Assembly: GCF_040938485.1 (NCBI RefSeq)
Contig: NW_027271682.1
Span: 930,001 to 994,000, forward strand
Direction: 5' to 3'
Source: Diadema antillarum
Lineage: Eukaryota
Length of the DNA: 64,000 nucleotides
Positions within the stretch are counted from its first letter, which is position 1; each line of letters opens with the position of its first letter. Positions 36,775-48,019 of the stretch are shown piece by piece. Both the position numbers and the translations under genes were made by a program. The notes below the pieces were generated by a model. That model was not told the DNA's origin. It did no database searches and saw only the letters and a list, made by a program, of their open reading frames with translations.

Positions 36775-39628
36775 AGAGTGGTGTCCTGTACCTGATGTCA
36801 GTGAAAGTGATGTTGTGTTCACAGTCTCCCTGATGACAGTAGAGATAGGGGTAGCCCAGCCTGACCTTCAGGTCATTGAAGGTCACCTCAGACATCCTGG
36901 CGCTGGTCACCTCACCCTTGATCAGGTCACTCTTGCCCTGCCGCAGCCACTCTCGCACTGGACTGGCATGGGGAGACCAGCAAAGAGAGTGTGAGAGCAG
37001 ATGTGCTTTGATGCCTCTTCGGAAGTACAGGCATGAATTATTATACTCAGTTGACTGCTTCTTTCAATGAACTGGTCAAGGAATTTTGTTACCACATAAT
37101 AATAACAAAAAGAAAATAGTACTATTACTGCTGCTACTATTTATTGTAGGAATACTGATAATGAATTACAATGATGTTGATGATAATGACCAAATCAATA
37201 CTACAATTACCATGAACATCGTCATGATAATAATAATAATCAGGACACGTTAATCACTGAGTGATGTAATGTATTTAAAGGATGTAGAATAGTTGGGGGA
37301 ATGTCATAAAACAAAAAGCTGGGGATTTCACAGACACTCACGCACTAATATCTCTAGCAGCAGGATCTCTCATGTCATTGTAGAAAACATTCTCGATGAA
37401 GAAGTACGAGGACTTGAACAGGTCCTGGGCTCTGATGTCGGTGACCGCATCAGGATTCCCACTGCATTCTCCTTCGATGTAAACCATGTCTAGGGGACAG
37501 ATTAGATTGTCCTTGAGGGCAGTAAGGGGCTGATCTGCATAGACTAGCAACTCACAATCATGCTTCACCTTTCGAAGTAACAAATAAAGAGAGAATCAGG
37601 TATAGTGGGGTCAATTGGTAGGCAGTCACAAAATAGCAAAGTAGAGAGCAATACACCATCATACATGCTCCTGAATTCGCAACAAGTCTTTGCTTTACAG
37701 ATATCTTTGAGTCGCAAAAACAAGGAGGTTAGAAGTTGTAGTGACAAAGTTAATGATACAAAGTACACTGAATTTGTTTTTCAGCATTTTTTTCTTTAAA
37801 AAAAAAGATGAAAGTTTTAACAAAGGCCCCATTTACAATTGAAATCACAGCTGACACTAGTGTTGAATATACAAAATAAATATTGATACAAATAACATTA
37901 TGGTTAATGTATAATCTGTGCCTGTGCCATGTAGAAAGTTAAAGACCTGTCAGCATTGGGAGACTGTGTGATGGAAAGTTGGCTCAATTTAATCAATCTC
38001 CATTCGCTGCCCGCCAGGGTACATTTGAAAAACGCAACTAGCACAGGCCTGATAGAACAGATTTGCTTGTCAGCGAATGTGCACCAATGTGTACGCTCAT
38101 TAGTAGTGTTTGCAGCGCTGAATGTTTGAAATTCTTCAGCTGCCTGTGCTATGTATAAAGCAGCACATAATTTGAATGGTTGTCGGATGGTTATCGGCCA
38201 TTCGACGCCACTCGACCAACCGGTTTGAACCGGTTCAAGACAGCACGCCCCCCGCCACGGCAGGGAACAATAGCAGCACCGCGCCTGGTGATTGGCCATT
38301 GACAGTGGCCAACCACAATGCAGGAGCACCTCGACCAATAGCAGGCCAGCGGCACCGGCCAATGGCAGTCCAGCTCACGCCTCAGTAGACCCGGACAATA
38401 GTGCGCGCCCAGTCGCCCCGGGCCACCTTCACGGCTATATAAACCGCACGCAGCAAAGTCTATGTTCATTGCCTGACGAAGACTAGCAGTTCGCAGTCGA
38501 AACGTCGCAACCTCTCAACATTTGCACATCGTGAGACAACTGATTACTTTCTTCATTCAGCACATAATTTGTTAAGGAGATTCACAAATATGATGCATCA
38601 CGCATTACCCCGGGGTACCACGTTGTGTAGCGCCACCTAACGTCCACTCGAGGACAGCCGCAGGGAAATGCATGCACTGTGTGTGCGTGTACATAGTCGT
38701 TTCCATGCCACTGCATGTTATACTATGCATGCATGGTACGCTGTGCTAGCAATAGCGTGTGCTTCAGTGCAGTGCAGTGTAGTGCAGTGCAGTGGCTAGC
38801 GCGTGCTAGCTCCAGCACCAAAATAATTTCCTACTTTTTGGCACCCAGGGTACAACCATTAAAAAAAATAATAATAATTCAACAAAATGGCTGATTTTTA
38901 TTTGGTACCCCGGGATACCATATATGTCATCACATGTCCACATCATGCCAACCTTCGCAATACAGTGTCCCCATGCTATACCAAGTGTTTAAATGAGTTT
39001 ATCTGCGCGAGTCTGTGGCACTTGTCACCACTCAGCAGTTCTTACCATATGAGAGGCGTGCTGGACTTTCCTGCTGACCGTTACTGATACTGTGAGAAGG
39101 GTGACTGGCCTGTTCAGCGGCTTTGCCGTGGTTGGCTCGTCGTCATAGTAGTACTGGACATGGCATGTGAATAGACGGACAGACTTGCTTTATCATTACA
39201 TGGGTTTAAGAACGTATACAAGAATGAGAAGCACTGTAATGAGTCACATGTGATCTCTCTATTATTTCACTAATGCATAGGAGTGTAAAAAGTGTGAAGC
39301 AAAATAAATGTAACTGCACTACGCAATATCCCTGTGGAAAATTACTGAATGCTTTGAAAAGAAAAAATATGATCAAGGCTACTACTAAAACGCTGAATAA
39401 TCGGTGCTTACGGTATATACACCGAAGAAGGGCAATTTGTCAATTTGTAAGCTGTGATAAAAAACTTGACACAAGAATTCATTAATTACGGTACATATGA
39501 ATATTGTCAGTTGTGTTCTGCCACAACTGGTCTGATAAGATAAGTGCTTGAAATAAGCTATGCCTGTCATTATATTAAAGGGCAATGATGTAGCCCAGTG
39601 ATTTCACTCAGGCACTGTCACACACGCG

Positions 39629-39673
<45 letters not shown>

Positions 39674-41762
39674 TTGGTCAAGGGGAATCTGGGTACTTAC
39701 GTGAGACCATTTACATCGCAAGGGAATTCCACACTGACCGTACTGTCTATAGTTTTCTGCTCTCCTCCTGCAATGCACATTTAAATGTTGAGTACAGAAT
39801 TATATGAGAACAAACCCTCAACAGGTTACATTCACAGATTTTTGCAGCACAGCATGAATTCTGCTGAGATGCATTGTTGATTTTCTCATAATCAAAGTTG
39901 TGTTTGTCTGTTGGCAGGCTTTCTCACCACTTTGGTGATAGGACTTGGGGAGAAATGTGTTACATTATTAATCATCGAAAAGCTTTAAATACAGTGTACA
40001 TAGAGAATCTGAAGATCCATACTAGGTGAAAAAAGAGATCAACATCAAAATACTTCATTACATGTTTGTGATGAAAACAATATTTTTGCAAACTCATTAA
40101 ATAAATTCTATTCATGACTGATACCACCTTTCCATATGTAGAACTCTCCCCCCCCCCCCCCCCAAAAAAAAGAGTTCTACAAAAACTGCCAAACAGAAAC
40201 AGAGACAACTTTCCATGCATGTTATGATCCCAAACTTGCAAATAATTATCTAGAAGAATTGCTCTTTCAGAAAATATTGACACATTCATTTTTTTTTTTA
40301 GTCCTCATGTTCAATTGGGTCTTTCGACTTTTTGTTGGTTTGGTAATGCATGGTCACATTTAACTTTTTGGAAGTAGTCCACAATCACATACACTGTGGG
40401 GAACAATACCTCTGGTATAAAGAACTATGTATTAGGAATATAAAGTTTTGAGTATTATATCCACACAACACTGCACCTGACTGATTCTAGCTGCTCACAG
40501 CCGTCTGGTACCTTGCCATTGACGATGGCGACATGTTTGGCAGTCGGCACACAGGTTGTCATTTCAGAGTGTAATGTGTCTACACTGTAGAAAAAGAAAT
40601 ACAGAGAGGGGGTGCGTGGGGTAGATACACAGAGAGATCAACAAAATATTCGCTAATAGTAACATAGCCATGATGATATGATGTATAGAAGATGACTGTC
40701 ATGAGAAAAAGCACACATGCAATGTTTAATCTTAAGAGTCTGAAAATTTTAGGGGGAATGCTAGATAAATTCTGTATACTCCTGACAACAAAAGTCATCA
40801 TCTCTGAAAACATAAAGATCAATTAATGTGACTAAGTCAATTTATATAGATACAATTGTTGAAAAAGCAGCAACTACATATCAGTCCTTTGAAGATTTAA
40901 CTGAAAATGAAAAATCACAGTAGATATACATTGTATATTTCACGAATGAGAGTACATTGCTTGGTTCCACTCTGCCGTTTCTGTAATCTCTGTGAACAAG
41001 AGTTTGACTAGCATGCCCAGTCAGACCAGCCTCATCAACAGCAGCTCTCCCGTCCCTAACAATCACAATATGCTGGACACAACCTGCAATATACACATTG
41101 TACTCAGCCCAACTGCATAGAGAACCGCTACATGTTACAGCATGTTCCAAAGAACTAGACGCATCTGGAATACTCTCCCACACTCCACCATAGCTTCAAC
41201 TTCTGTCTACAGCTAGATTTCAGGGAACAATGTTACCTGTCATTTGAGACATATTGCCTACCCAAACACTGAAGTTGCTTTTAAAAGAGGGACACGCATG
41301 CACCACCTAGGGCCTACATACTGCACCTAGCACACTATAGAATGTACAAACTGTAAAAGTGGATATCTTTGCGCCAGAGATTTTCTTCAACATTTAAAAG
41401 GTTTAAGTAAATATCTTTGTGAAGGGAAGTTTCATGACACAAACTGTTAAAAACAGATATTAAATAGAGGTCTACAGATATACATTCTTGTTTTTTAAAA
41501 CTCAAGTTCATAATGAAGAAAATACCTGCACACTTTGCGTAACTCTTCTGCTAAGACAGAAGAGACTCCCAGCTCCTTCACAACATCCTCGTCAGGAAGA
41601 TCTCTCACATCAAACCTGAAGTTGGCATCGTCAAGGATGTTCCAGCTCTCCTGGAAGTCGGCCACGGCGACGAGTTTGGAACATGCGCCCTTTGTTTCGT
41701 CTTCCTGCTCATGAGACTCATCAGCTACAGCTGCACACATTCTGTCCAACTTAGCAAGATGT
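33662..41762 (-). CDS. SNAPC3: snRNA-activating protein complex subunit 3 (SNAP50), multi-exon
   Basis: Minus-strand exons 41762-41526, 40584-40512, (possibly 39943-39830), 39153-39046, 37568-37342, 36962-36792, 34579-34472, 33809-33662, with GT-AG introns and consistent phases. The protein includes [88 protein letters not shown] and WMTQED...[27 protein letters not shown] (SNAP50 C-terminal zinc finger). The middle exon boundaries are less certain. Confidence 0.93.
34149..34233. mobile_element. 85-bp piggyBac-type mini-MITE
   Basis: ttaa|cccattgaggac ... gtcctcaatggg|ttaa: perfect 12-bp TIRs with a TTAA duplication. Confidence 0.85.
35941..36272 (+). mobile_element. Second HINE-like element
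   Basis: Starts aactagaaatg...atgcctccgcc, contains tgaccc/tgacct motifs and ends aacatattgcctatggc...gtggtggaggaatta (degenerate subTIR/stem-loop). Confidence 0.5.
36305..36711. mobile_element. Kolobok-type foldback MITE
   Basis: ttaa|agataatataaagttttggtacc ... ggtaccaaaactttatattatct|ttaa, with ~160-bp inverted arms around a short spacer. Confidence 0.85.
38175..38557 (+). mobile_element. 383-bp Penelope-like pLTR / retrozyme-like insertion with 14-bp target-site duplication
   Basis: cagcacataatttg occurs at 38161-38174 and 38558-38571. The insert is GC-rich, with CCAAT boxes, TATATAAA at 38436 and a hammerhead motif. Confidence 0.8.
38469..38510 (+). ncRNA. Minimal type I hammerhead ribozyme
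   Basis: ttgc-CTGACGA-a-gact(a)gc-agttc-gc-agtc-GAAA-cg-TC-gcaa. Stem I is ttgc/gcaa, stem II is 6 bp with one bulge, and stem III is reduced to the palindrome ACGT. The core is intact and cleavage is predicted after C38506. Confidence 0.85.
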
Positions 41763-41957
41763 CTGAAAAGTAGAGACTACTGACTGTTATCAAAGTAAGA
41801 CAGAGTCAGGTAAATTTATTCAAATTTAGTCTGTAGACTGTAGGCCTACTTATTTTCTTCTCTCTCTTTTTTTTTTTGTTGCAATTTTTACGCACTTACG
41901 TACGAGTGCACCTTTACTATACAGTCACTAGAGATCTACATGAAAAGCAAATGATAT

Positions 41958-44649
41958 TGTAGCAGCTCAACTTTCTGCTTCTCTCTCCTCCACAATCTCT
42001 CTCTCTCTCCGCTCCGATCTCTCCGTCTTTCCCCACTCTCTCTCCTCCTCTCTCCGTGGGTCATTGTATCCTCCCCGCTGGTTCTCTCCAAAACAATTCC
42101 AAGGTAACCGCTTGTCAACACTGACCACTTGTTTCATTGTCTCATACCAGAGAGGTGAGTCACCTCTCTGCTGTTCTACATGTATAAATACCGACTGCTC
42201 TTTGTGTAAAAATGCAGAGTGTGTTACAATTTCATCATGAGCGACTTGCTCAGACAACTCGCCTCGGCAGGGCCTCAATAAAACCTCATCTACAATGTAC
42301 GCTCGGAGTGCTCGATGTCTTCATTTCCTATAGTGTATTCGACCTTAATTAATAAGTGAGTAGGTGTTGCTACCACTACCACAATCATCATCCATATCAC
42401 CGCTAAATTGGTGACCCCGTGTTACGAACAACGCAGCAATCATGACGGAAACGACATCAACTCCAACTCCAACCACGCCCGAGCTTGCCTCAACAATGGC
42501 TGCCGACACTACTGCCTCTCTGCACCTTGAGATGGATATTCCTCATCACCTTAGTCCATCTTCCCTTTCTCGGAGCCGATTTTCTGCATCACTGTAATCT
42601 GCTTTTCGACATGCACCACTCAACTTTGCATCAGCGGGATCGCTCCTTTTTCTCGTCACCGGCCCCTTGCCACATCACGACATGCACTCGACCAGCCCGC
42701 GGCCGGCCACTCCCTAGAGCAACTCCCCGACTCAACTGGTTCTCTAAACCATGTTACGCTTACTGCCGTGGAAATTCATTGCACCCATGACGAACTGACA
42801 TCTATTCGACGATTTCGACCCCGCCACTTACGCCGGCACTTACGCTCATCTTTTGCACGTCACAACGTAGTTGATGCGACGACATCGCCCGCCACGCCAA
42901 CAGCAATCATCTTCGAACATGCCATCGCAACGAGCAGGCTGCATGTTTTTGCCCGCCACGATGCCGCCCGGCCGCCGTCTACTTCACCCGCCGCACGCCT
43001 CGACCGTTCCTTCGGCAGGCACGCACGATCGACATCCACGACCGCCTAATCGCCGCACTGACACCAACACCTGCCAGCATCAACCCGCCTTCAACCGCAT
43101 GACGCCATTCGAATCGCTCGAACTCTCGACACGATATGATACGAATTGCTCAACAGCTGTCGCTTCGACACGATACGACACACCGCGATACGAATCGCTC
43201 AACTCTCGCAACGCCACGATACGACTCGACATCGCCGACCGTTGCCGCATCGACCGCCACGAACTCTCGATCGCCCTCTGCCTAACTTTGGCTTGACCTC
43301 GAACACATCGCGCATCGGCTTCTACCGGCACGACTCGCTGCTGCCGCTGGCCATCTCGCGCTTGTCAACTATCAACACGACATCTCCAGGCGACTCACTG
43401 TCCTGTCGAGAGACCGTTGATAGCTGACAATCTGACATCGACATCGACCATCCGCTCACCCCGACTCTCGTCCACGCCACATACGTCCTACTGACTACAG
43501 TTAGTCTTCGTCAACCGCGATAGCCGGACATTACCCGAGCACGTTATAATCGCAAGCGATAAAAAGACTCAGTCATACACAGGACATTCGTGTTGGACAC
43601 TCATTTCACTGCGTGTTTCGTGATTACTTTATCATGTCTGTCAAGTAAGCATCACCTTGCATATTTCAATTGTACTCTGATCATGCTTTAATTCTCTTAA
43701 TTTCTATGTTACCTTTCGATATGCGATAACACGGTTTATAAACACTGCCTGCAACGACACGCGTCAAACTGCCAGTGCTTATTTTTATATTGTCATTTTG
43801 AAACGAATAGCATGTAAATTGACGGAATTATTGTGTGGCCATGTCAGTACTTCATAAACATAATTACCAAATCCCATGCATTTTGATTGTACATGACGCA
43901 TACAATTCGATAAGTTCATTGCTTTGAAACGACTCAGCGTGATTGACATTTGTTCCGTTCGCATTTCTCGAACCAAGTTCACTTTGGCATTGTCATGTAT
44001 ACGATTACATAGCGCGTTTCATGCCTTACAACGGTTCACGAAATTTAACATGAACGAATGTTAGCATGTACGTTTTCCAAACCATTCTGTACATTTTGTA
44101 ATTTCCATGTGTGCTCTAGCCTCGCTGCATACTTTTACATTTTCTATCGTTCCCATCTCTCTCTTTTACCTTTCGAGACGCTCACTAGGGGGGAGCTACT
44201 GTAGCAGCTCAACTTTCTGCTTCTCTCTCCTCCACAATCTCTCTCTCTCTCCGCTCCGATCTCTCCGTCTTTCCCCACTCTCTCTCCTCCTCTCTCCGTG
44301 GGTCATTGTATCCTCCCCGCTGGTTCTCTCCAAAACAATTCCAAGGTAACCGCTTGTCAACACTGACCACTTGTTTCATTGTCTCATACCAGAGAGGTGA
44401 GTCACCTCTCTGCTGTTCTACATGTATAAATACCGACTGCTCTTTGTGTAAAAATGCAGAGTGTGTTACAATTTCATCATGAGCGACTTGCTCAGACAAC
44501 TCGCCTCGGCAGGGCCTCAATAAAACCTCATCTACAATGTACGCTCGGAGTGCTCGATGTCTTCATTTCCTATAGTGTATTCGACCTTAATTAATTAGTG
44601 AGTAGGTGTTGCTACCACTACCACAATCATCATCCATATCACCGCTAAA
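41958..44649 (+). mobile_element. Young non-autonomous Ty3/Gypsy-like LTR retrotransposon (internally deleted)
   Basis: 450-bp LTRs at 41958-42407 and 44200-44649 (one mismatch noticed by eye) and a 4-bp TSD atat (41954-57, 44650-53). The PBS tggtgaccccg (42409-42419) is complementary to the tRNA-Trp 3' end, and the PPT agggggga lies at ~44187-44194. Each LTR has TATAAATA and AATAAA. A protease-end remnant reads WIFLITLVHLPFLGADFLHHCNLLFDM. Confidence 0.93.
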
Positions 44650-44857
44650 ATATGAACACTGTAAAGTCATCCACTAATGCATTTCCATTCCAAGTAAGAC
44701 AGAGAAAAAGACGAAAAGACCAATACACATTTATAATCTTTACAATGCAATGATACCATTTATGTAGTCCCATATATGCCATTTTATGCCATCATGTTTA
44801 CTCTGTTGATAGTGTGCATGGTTTTGATCCTGCGAGGAGGTCTGAATTTACACTATA

Positions 44858-45355
44858 TCAGTTCGGGAAACCCACTCACAAGGGGGGCCCCTCCTTATAA
44901 GTAACCCGTCCCCCTTATAAGTAACCCCGTCCCCCTTATAAGTAACCCCCGGGGCACCCCTTATAAGGAGGCGACTGAGTCGTACTCAGTCGCCACGTCT
45001 GCACTCAAGCATTGCCGCGCCGCCGCGTCTGGCGACACTCACGCCAGTAATCGCTCGCATTTCAGCATTCGCATGGGTCGTTTGACATCGCATTTAAATC
45101 CATGATTTTAGATATGATGCCTCAAACCGATTTTGCTCAAATTTCGTGAGTAACTAGGAAACTTGTGAAGCTTTATGGACATAATCAAGCGAATTGCCGC
45201 AGTCCTTTCATTTTCGCGTTGCATTGCAAAAAAGCGTGGAGACTCCTTATAAGGGGTGCCCCGGGGGTTACTTATAAGGGGGACGGGGTTACTTATAAGG
45301 GGGACGGGTTACTTATAAGGAGGGGCCCCCCTTGTGAGTGGGTTTCCCGAACTGA
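44858..45355. mobile_element. Foldback element with modular TIRs
   Basis: ~115-bp near-perfect inverted arms (tcagttcgggaaacccactcac...), each with 3-4 tandem ccccttataagtaac units, flanked by TA. Confidence 0.85.
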
Positions 45356-45759
45356 TATGGACGTGGATGGATCCATTATGGATGAAAATGAACCTTTATA
45401 CTGAATAGTCGATCAAAAGACTTAAGAATCACTGAATACGCTGCCACACAGCCGAGTATCCGAGAGCAGTTCAGCAGAAAAGGGGCCTCGCACACCAACG
45501 TGCACACAGCCCTTGACTGATGAGGCATGCCGCGCTGCCGGGACTTCGGGGTAGCTAGTAGCTGATGCTGATGTCACGTCCGCCTTCGGCTGCTGCAATA
45601 TCAAAACCACAGCAAAGTAAGCATTTAAAGCAACAAGCTACTTAATATGGTAATACACACCTGATTGCTTACTTATAAATATCATCAGCAACAGCCACAA
45701 AGTTAAAGATCAGTTAAGATTCCGGTTTCTGCTAGGTAGCCATCGCCATCTAATGTTAC

Positions 45760-45788
45760 TTGCTGATCAGTGCAGTGATATTCGCCAT
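45760..45788 (-). CDS. SNAPC3: Putative SNAPC3 first coding exon (MANITALIS-K)
   Basis: ATG at 45788, 29 nt, then a gtaaca donor in phase 2, matching the phase of the 41762 acceptor. The surroundings are CpG-richer and promoter-like. An in-exon ATG (MCAAVADE) is an alternative start. Confidence 0.45.
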
Positions 45789-47627
45789 CGCCACAATATG
45801 AGCTGAACGCTTCGCAGGGATTCGCGCGCAACTCGCAAGAGCTTGATCATCGCGGAGTGAGTTGCCAATTTAAAACTGCACAGCGTTCACCACTGATTCC
45901 CAGACGTGGTCGAAGGAATGTGTAGGCCTAGCTACTAAAAGAAAAAAAAAAAAAAACTTTTAATGATTTTTTTTTCTTCATATTATGCTCCTATGCGACG
46001 TCACAAACGGATCCCTTCACAAACTATGGTAGTCTTCTCACTCAGCGAAAACAAAGAAATTTCTTGCTCATCATTCACACAAATTCACAGATTCATTTCG
46101 GATACTAGTATGAAAGTGTATAAGGCCATTTTCGTCACCCGATGTATACTTGGACTGATAGAAAGCATATCAACACTCTTTTATGTCGATACGTGAAACT
46201 TGTTATGTGTGTGTGTGTGTATTTCAATTTTCAATTCAATTCAATTCAATAGAACATTTATTTCCAGATCAATTCGTGTAACAGTAGTAACAATTCAGTA
46301 ATGACAAACTGGAGGTGACAACTCAGTAAGCACAGCTTGAAGTGAGTGCACCTTTAACATTTGAAAATGTAGTTGAATCTGATTGAAACATAGCTAAAAA
46401 GACATTTTTGTTTAAAATACACATATTTACAAGACGAAGTACAGATACACAAGAGACTAAAGCTAGGGATGCAGGAGGGAAAACAGATAGGAAGAATTGT
46501 TTTGCTATTTTTCTAGGCAATTTGACTAGTTTCCTAGTTTGGCAATGAGCTAGGCTTATTATTTATGAGGAGACTGCAGACTTAAAGTCCTGCTGTTCAG
46601 CAGTCCGCTCCATATCCGACAACTTTGATTAATCAGTATTTGACATACAAGTCGCTTATAGTATTTCAGTTCATCGTATTCGTTTAAATAGTGTCATTAG
46701 GAGAAAATATTTTACTGCAATTATACTTTTGCAGGAAATTAAAATAAACGAAAATAAATGAATCGGTGTACAAACTATTAGGCCTATAGATCCTAACTGA
46801 TTCTCACATTGTTTTACTTTACATTTGTCTCGTCGTTTTATGTGAAGTCCAGAAACCATGGCCTATTTGAACTGGATAGCCATTGGTTTTTCCCTGTACA
46901 TGAGAAACGCATAGCTATTTTACGACAAAGAAACAAGACCAGTTGAAAGTCTTGTTTTACGTGGCACTGGTCTGACTAGGGCCTACACCATGTGCACAGA
47001 TTTCTGGCTGAATACTGCACCGGACATGTCTTGCCGTTCGTAGAATGCAAACTAGTAGTAACTTATTGCCCTGAATTTCTAGCATTTACCCCCTTCTATA
47101 CAATCTCTTACAAGAAAAATATGTTTAACTAACTTTGCACCTTTAGGGATGTCATACTATGGGAGAACCCTCTACGGGTGCAACTGTGCACACTTAAAGA
47201 AAAAATCCACCCCAAAAATAGATAAACTTCAAAAGAAAGAGAAAAATATTCCCTACAGAATGATGCAAAAATGAGTAAAATCGATTGAGAAATAAGGAAG
47301 ATAATCAACATTAGGTCATTTTTGAAATTATACATATTTTAACTCCTTATATCTTATCCGATTTTAGTTATTTATGTATCATTCTGTAGGGAATGTTTTT
47401 TTTTTCTCTCTCTTTTGAAGTTTATTTTTGGGGGGTTGATTTTCTATTTAAGACCATTAAGACGATGGGAGCACCTTGAAAGGTGCTCTTATTGTGACAC
47501 TGGCAAAGGTGCAAAGTCGAACCTCTTTTTTTCTAAGAGTGCATTGCAAACTAAAAAAAATCGCGTAGACTTCTGTATGTTTTCCTACTTGCCATCTGCA
47601 CTGTGACCAAGAGGGAGCTCATTTCCG

Positions 47628-47687
47628 AGTCCCAGTTCGCACTCCTATACACAGTCATGACTGTGCTTAGGAGTGTGAACTGGGACT
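47628..47687. repeat. 60-bp loop-less imperfect palindrome
   Basis: agtcccagttcgcactcctatacacagtca|tgactgtgcttaggagtgtgaactgggact: 27 of 30 positions are Watson-Crick complementary. Confidence 0.85.
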
Positions 47688-47805
47688 GATTATTTACAAT
47701 GGAGTGAAAAGAAGGAAGAGTGAACAGAAATGTAAAACTCAATGGCTGCTGTAGGCAGCGAAAGACATGCCACTGGATGACGAAGCCTACACAAGAGACG
47801 AACTT

Positions 47806-48019
47806 NNNNNNNNNNNNNNNNNNNNNNNNNNNNNNNNNNNNNNNNNNNNNNNNNNNNNNNNNNNNNNNNNNNNNNNNNNNNNNNNNNNNNNNNNNNNNNN
47901 NNNNNNNNNNNNNNNNNNNNNNNNNNNNNNNNNNNNNNNNNNNNNNNNNNNNNNNNNNNNNNNNNNNNNNNNNNNNNNNNNNNNNNNNNNNNNNNNNNNN
48001 NNNNNNNNNNNNNNNNNNN
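47806..48019. other. Assembly gap / masked run (N)
   Basis: Run of N. Confidence 0.99.

Noticed and set aside
40881-41183. 100-aa minus ORF as a SNAPC3 exon
   Set aside because: It has no SNAP50 similarity, and the 41526 donor joins in phase to 40584 to give the conserved-looking VCSVDTL without it.
41967-44520. Two identical 103-aa minus ORFs as a duplicated gene
   Set aside because: They are antisense translations of the two LTRs.
45422-45610. Minus ORF (QQPKADVTS...) as the SNAPC3 N-terminus
   Set aside because: It ends in a stop with no suitable in-phase donor, and the conserved N-terminal motif already lies in the 41762-41526 exon. It could still be an alternative or UTR exon.
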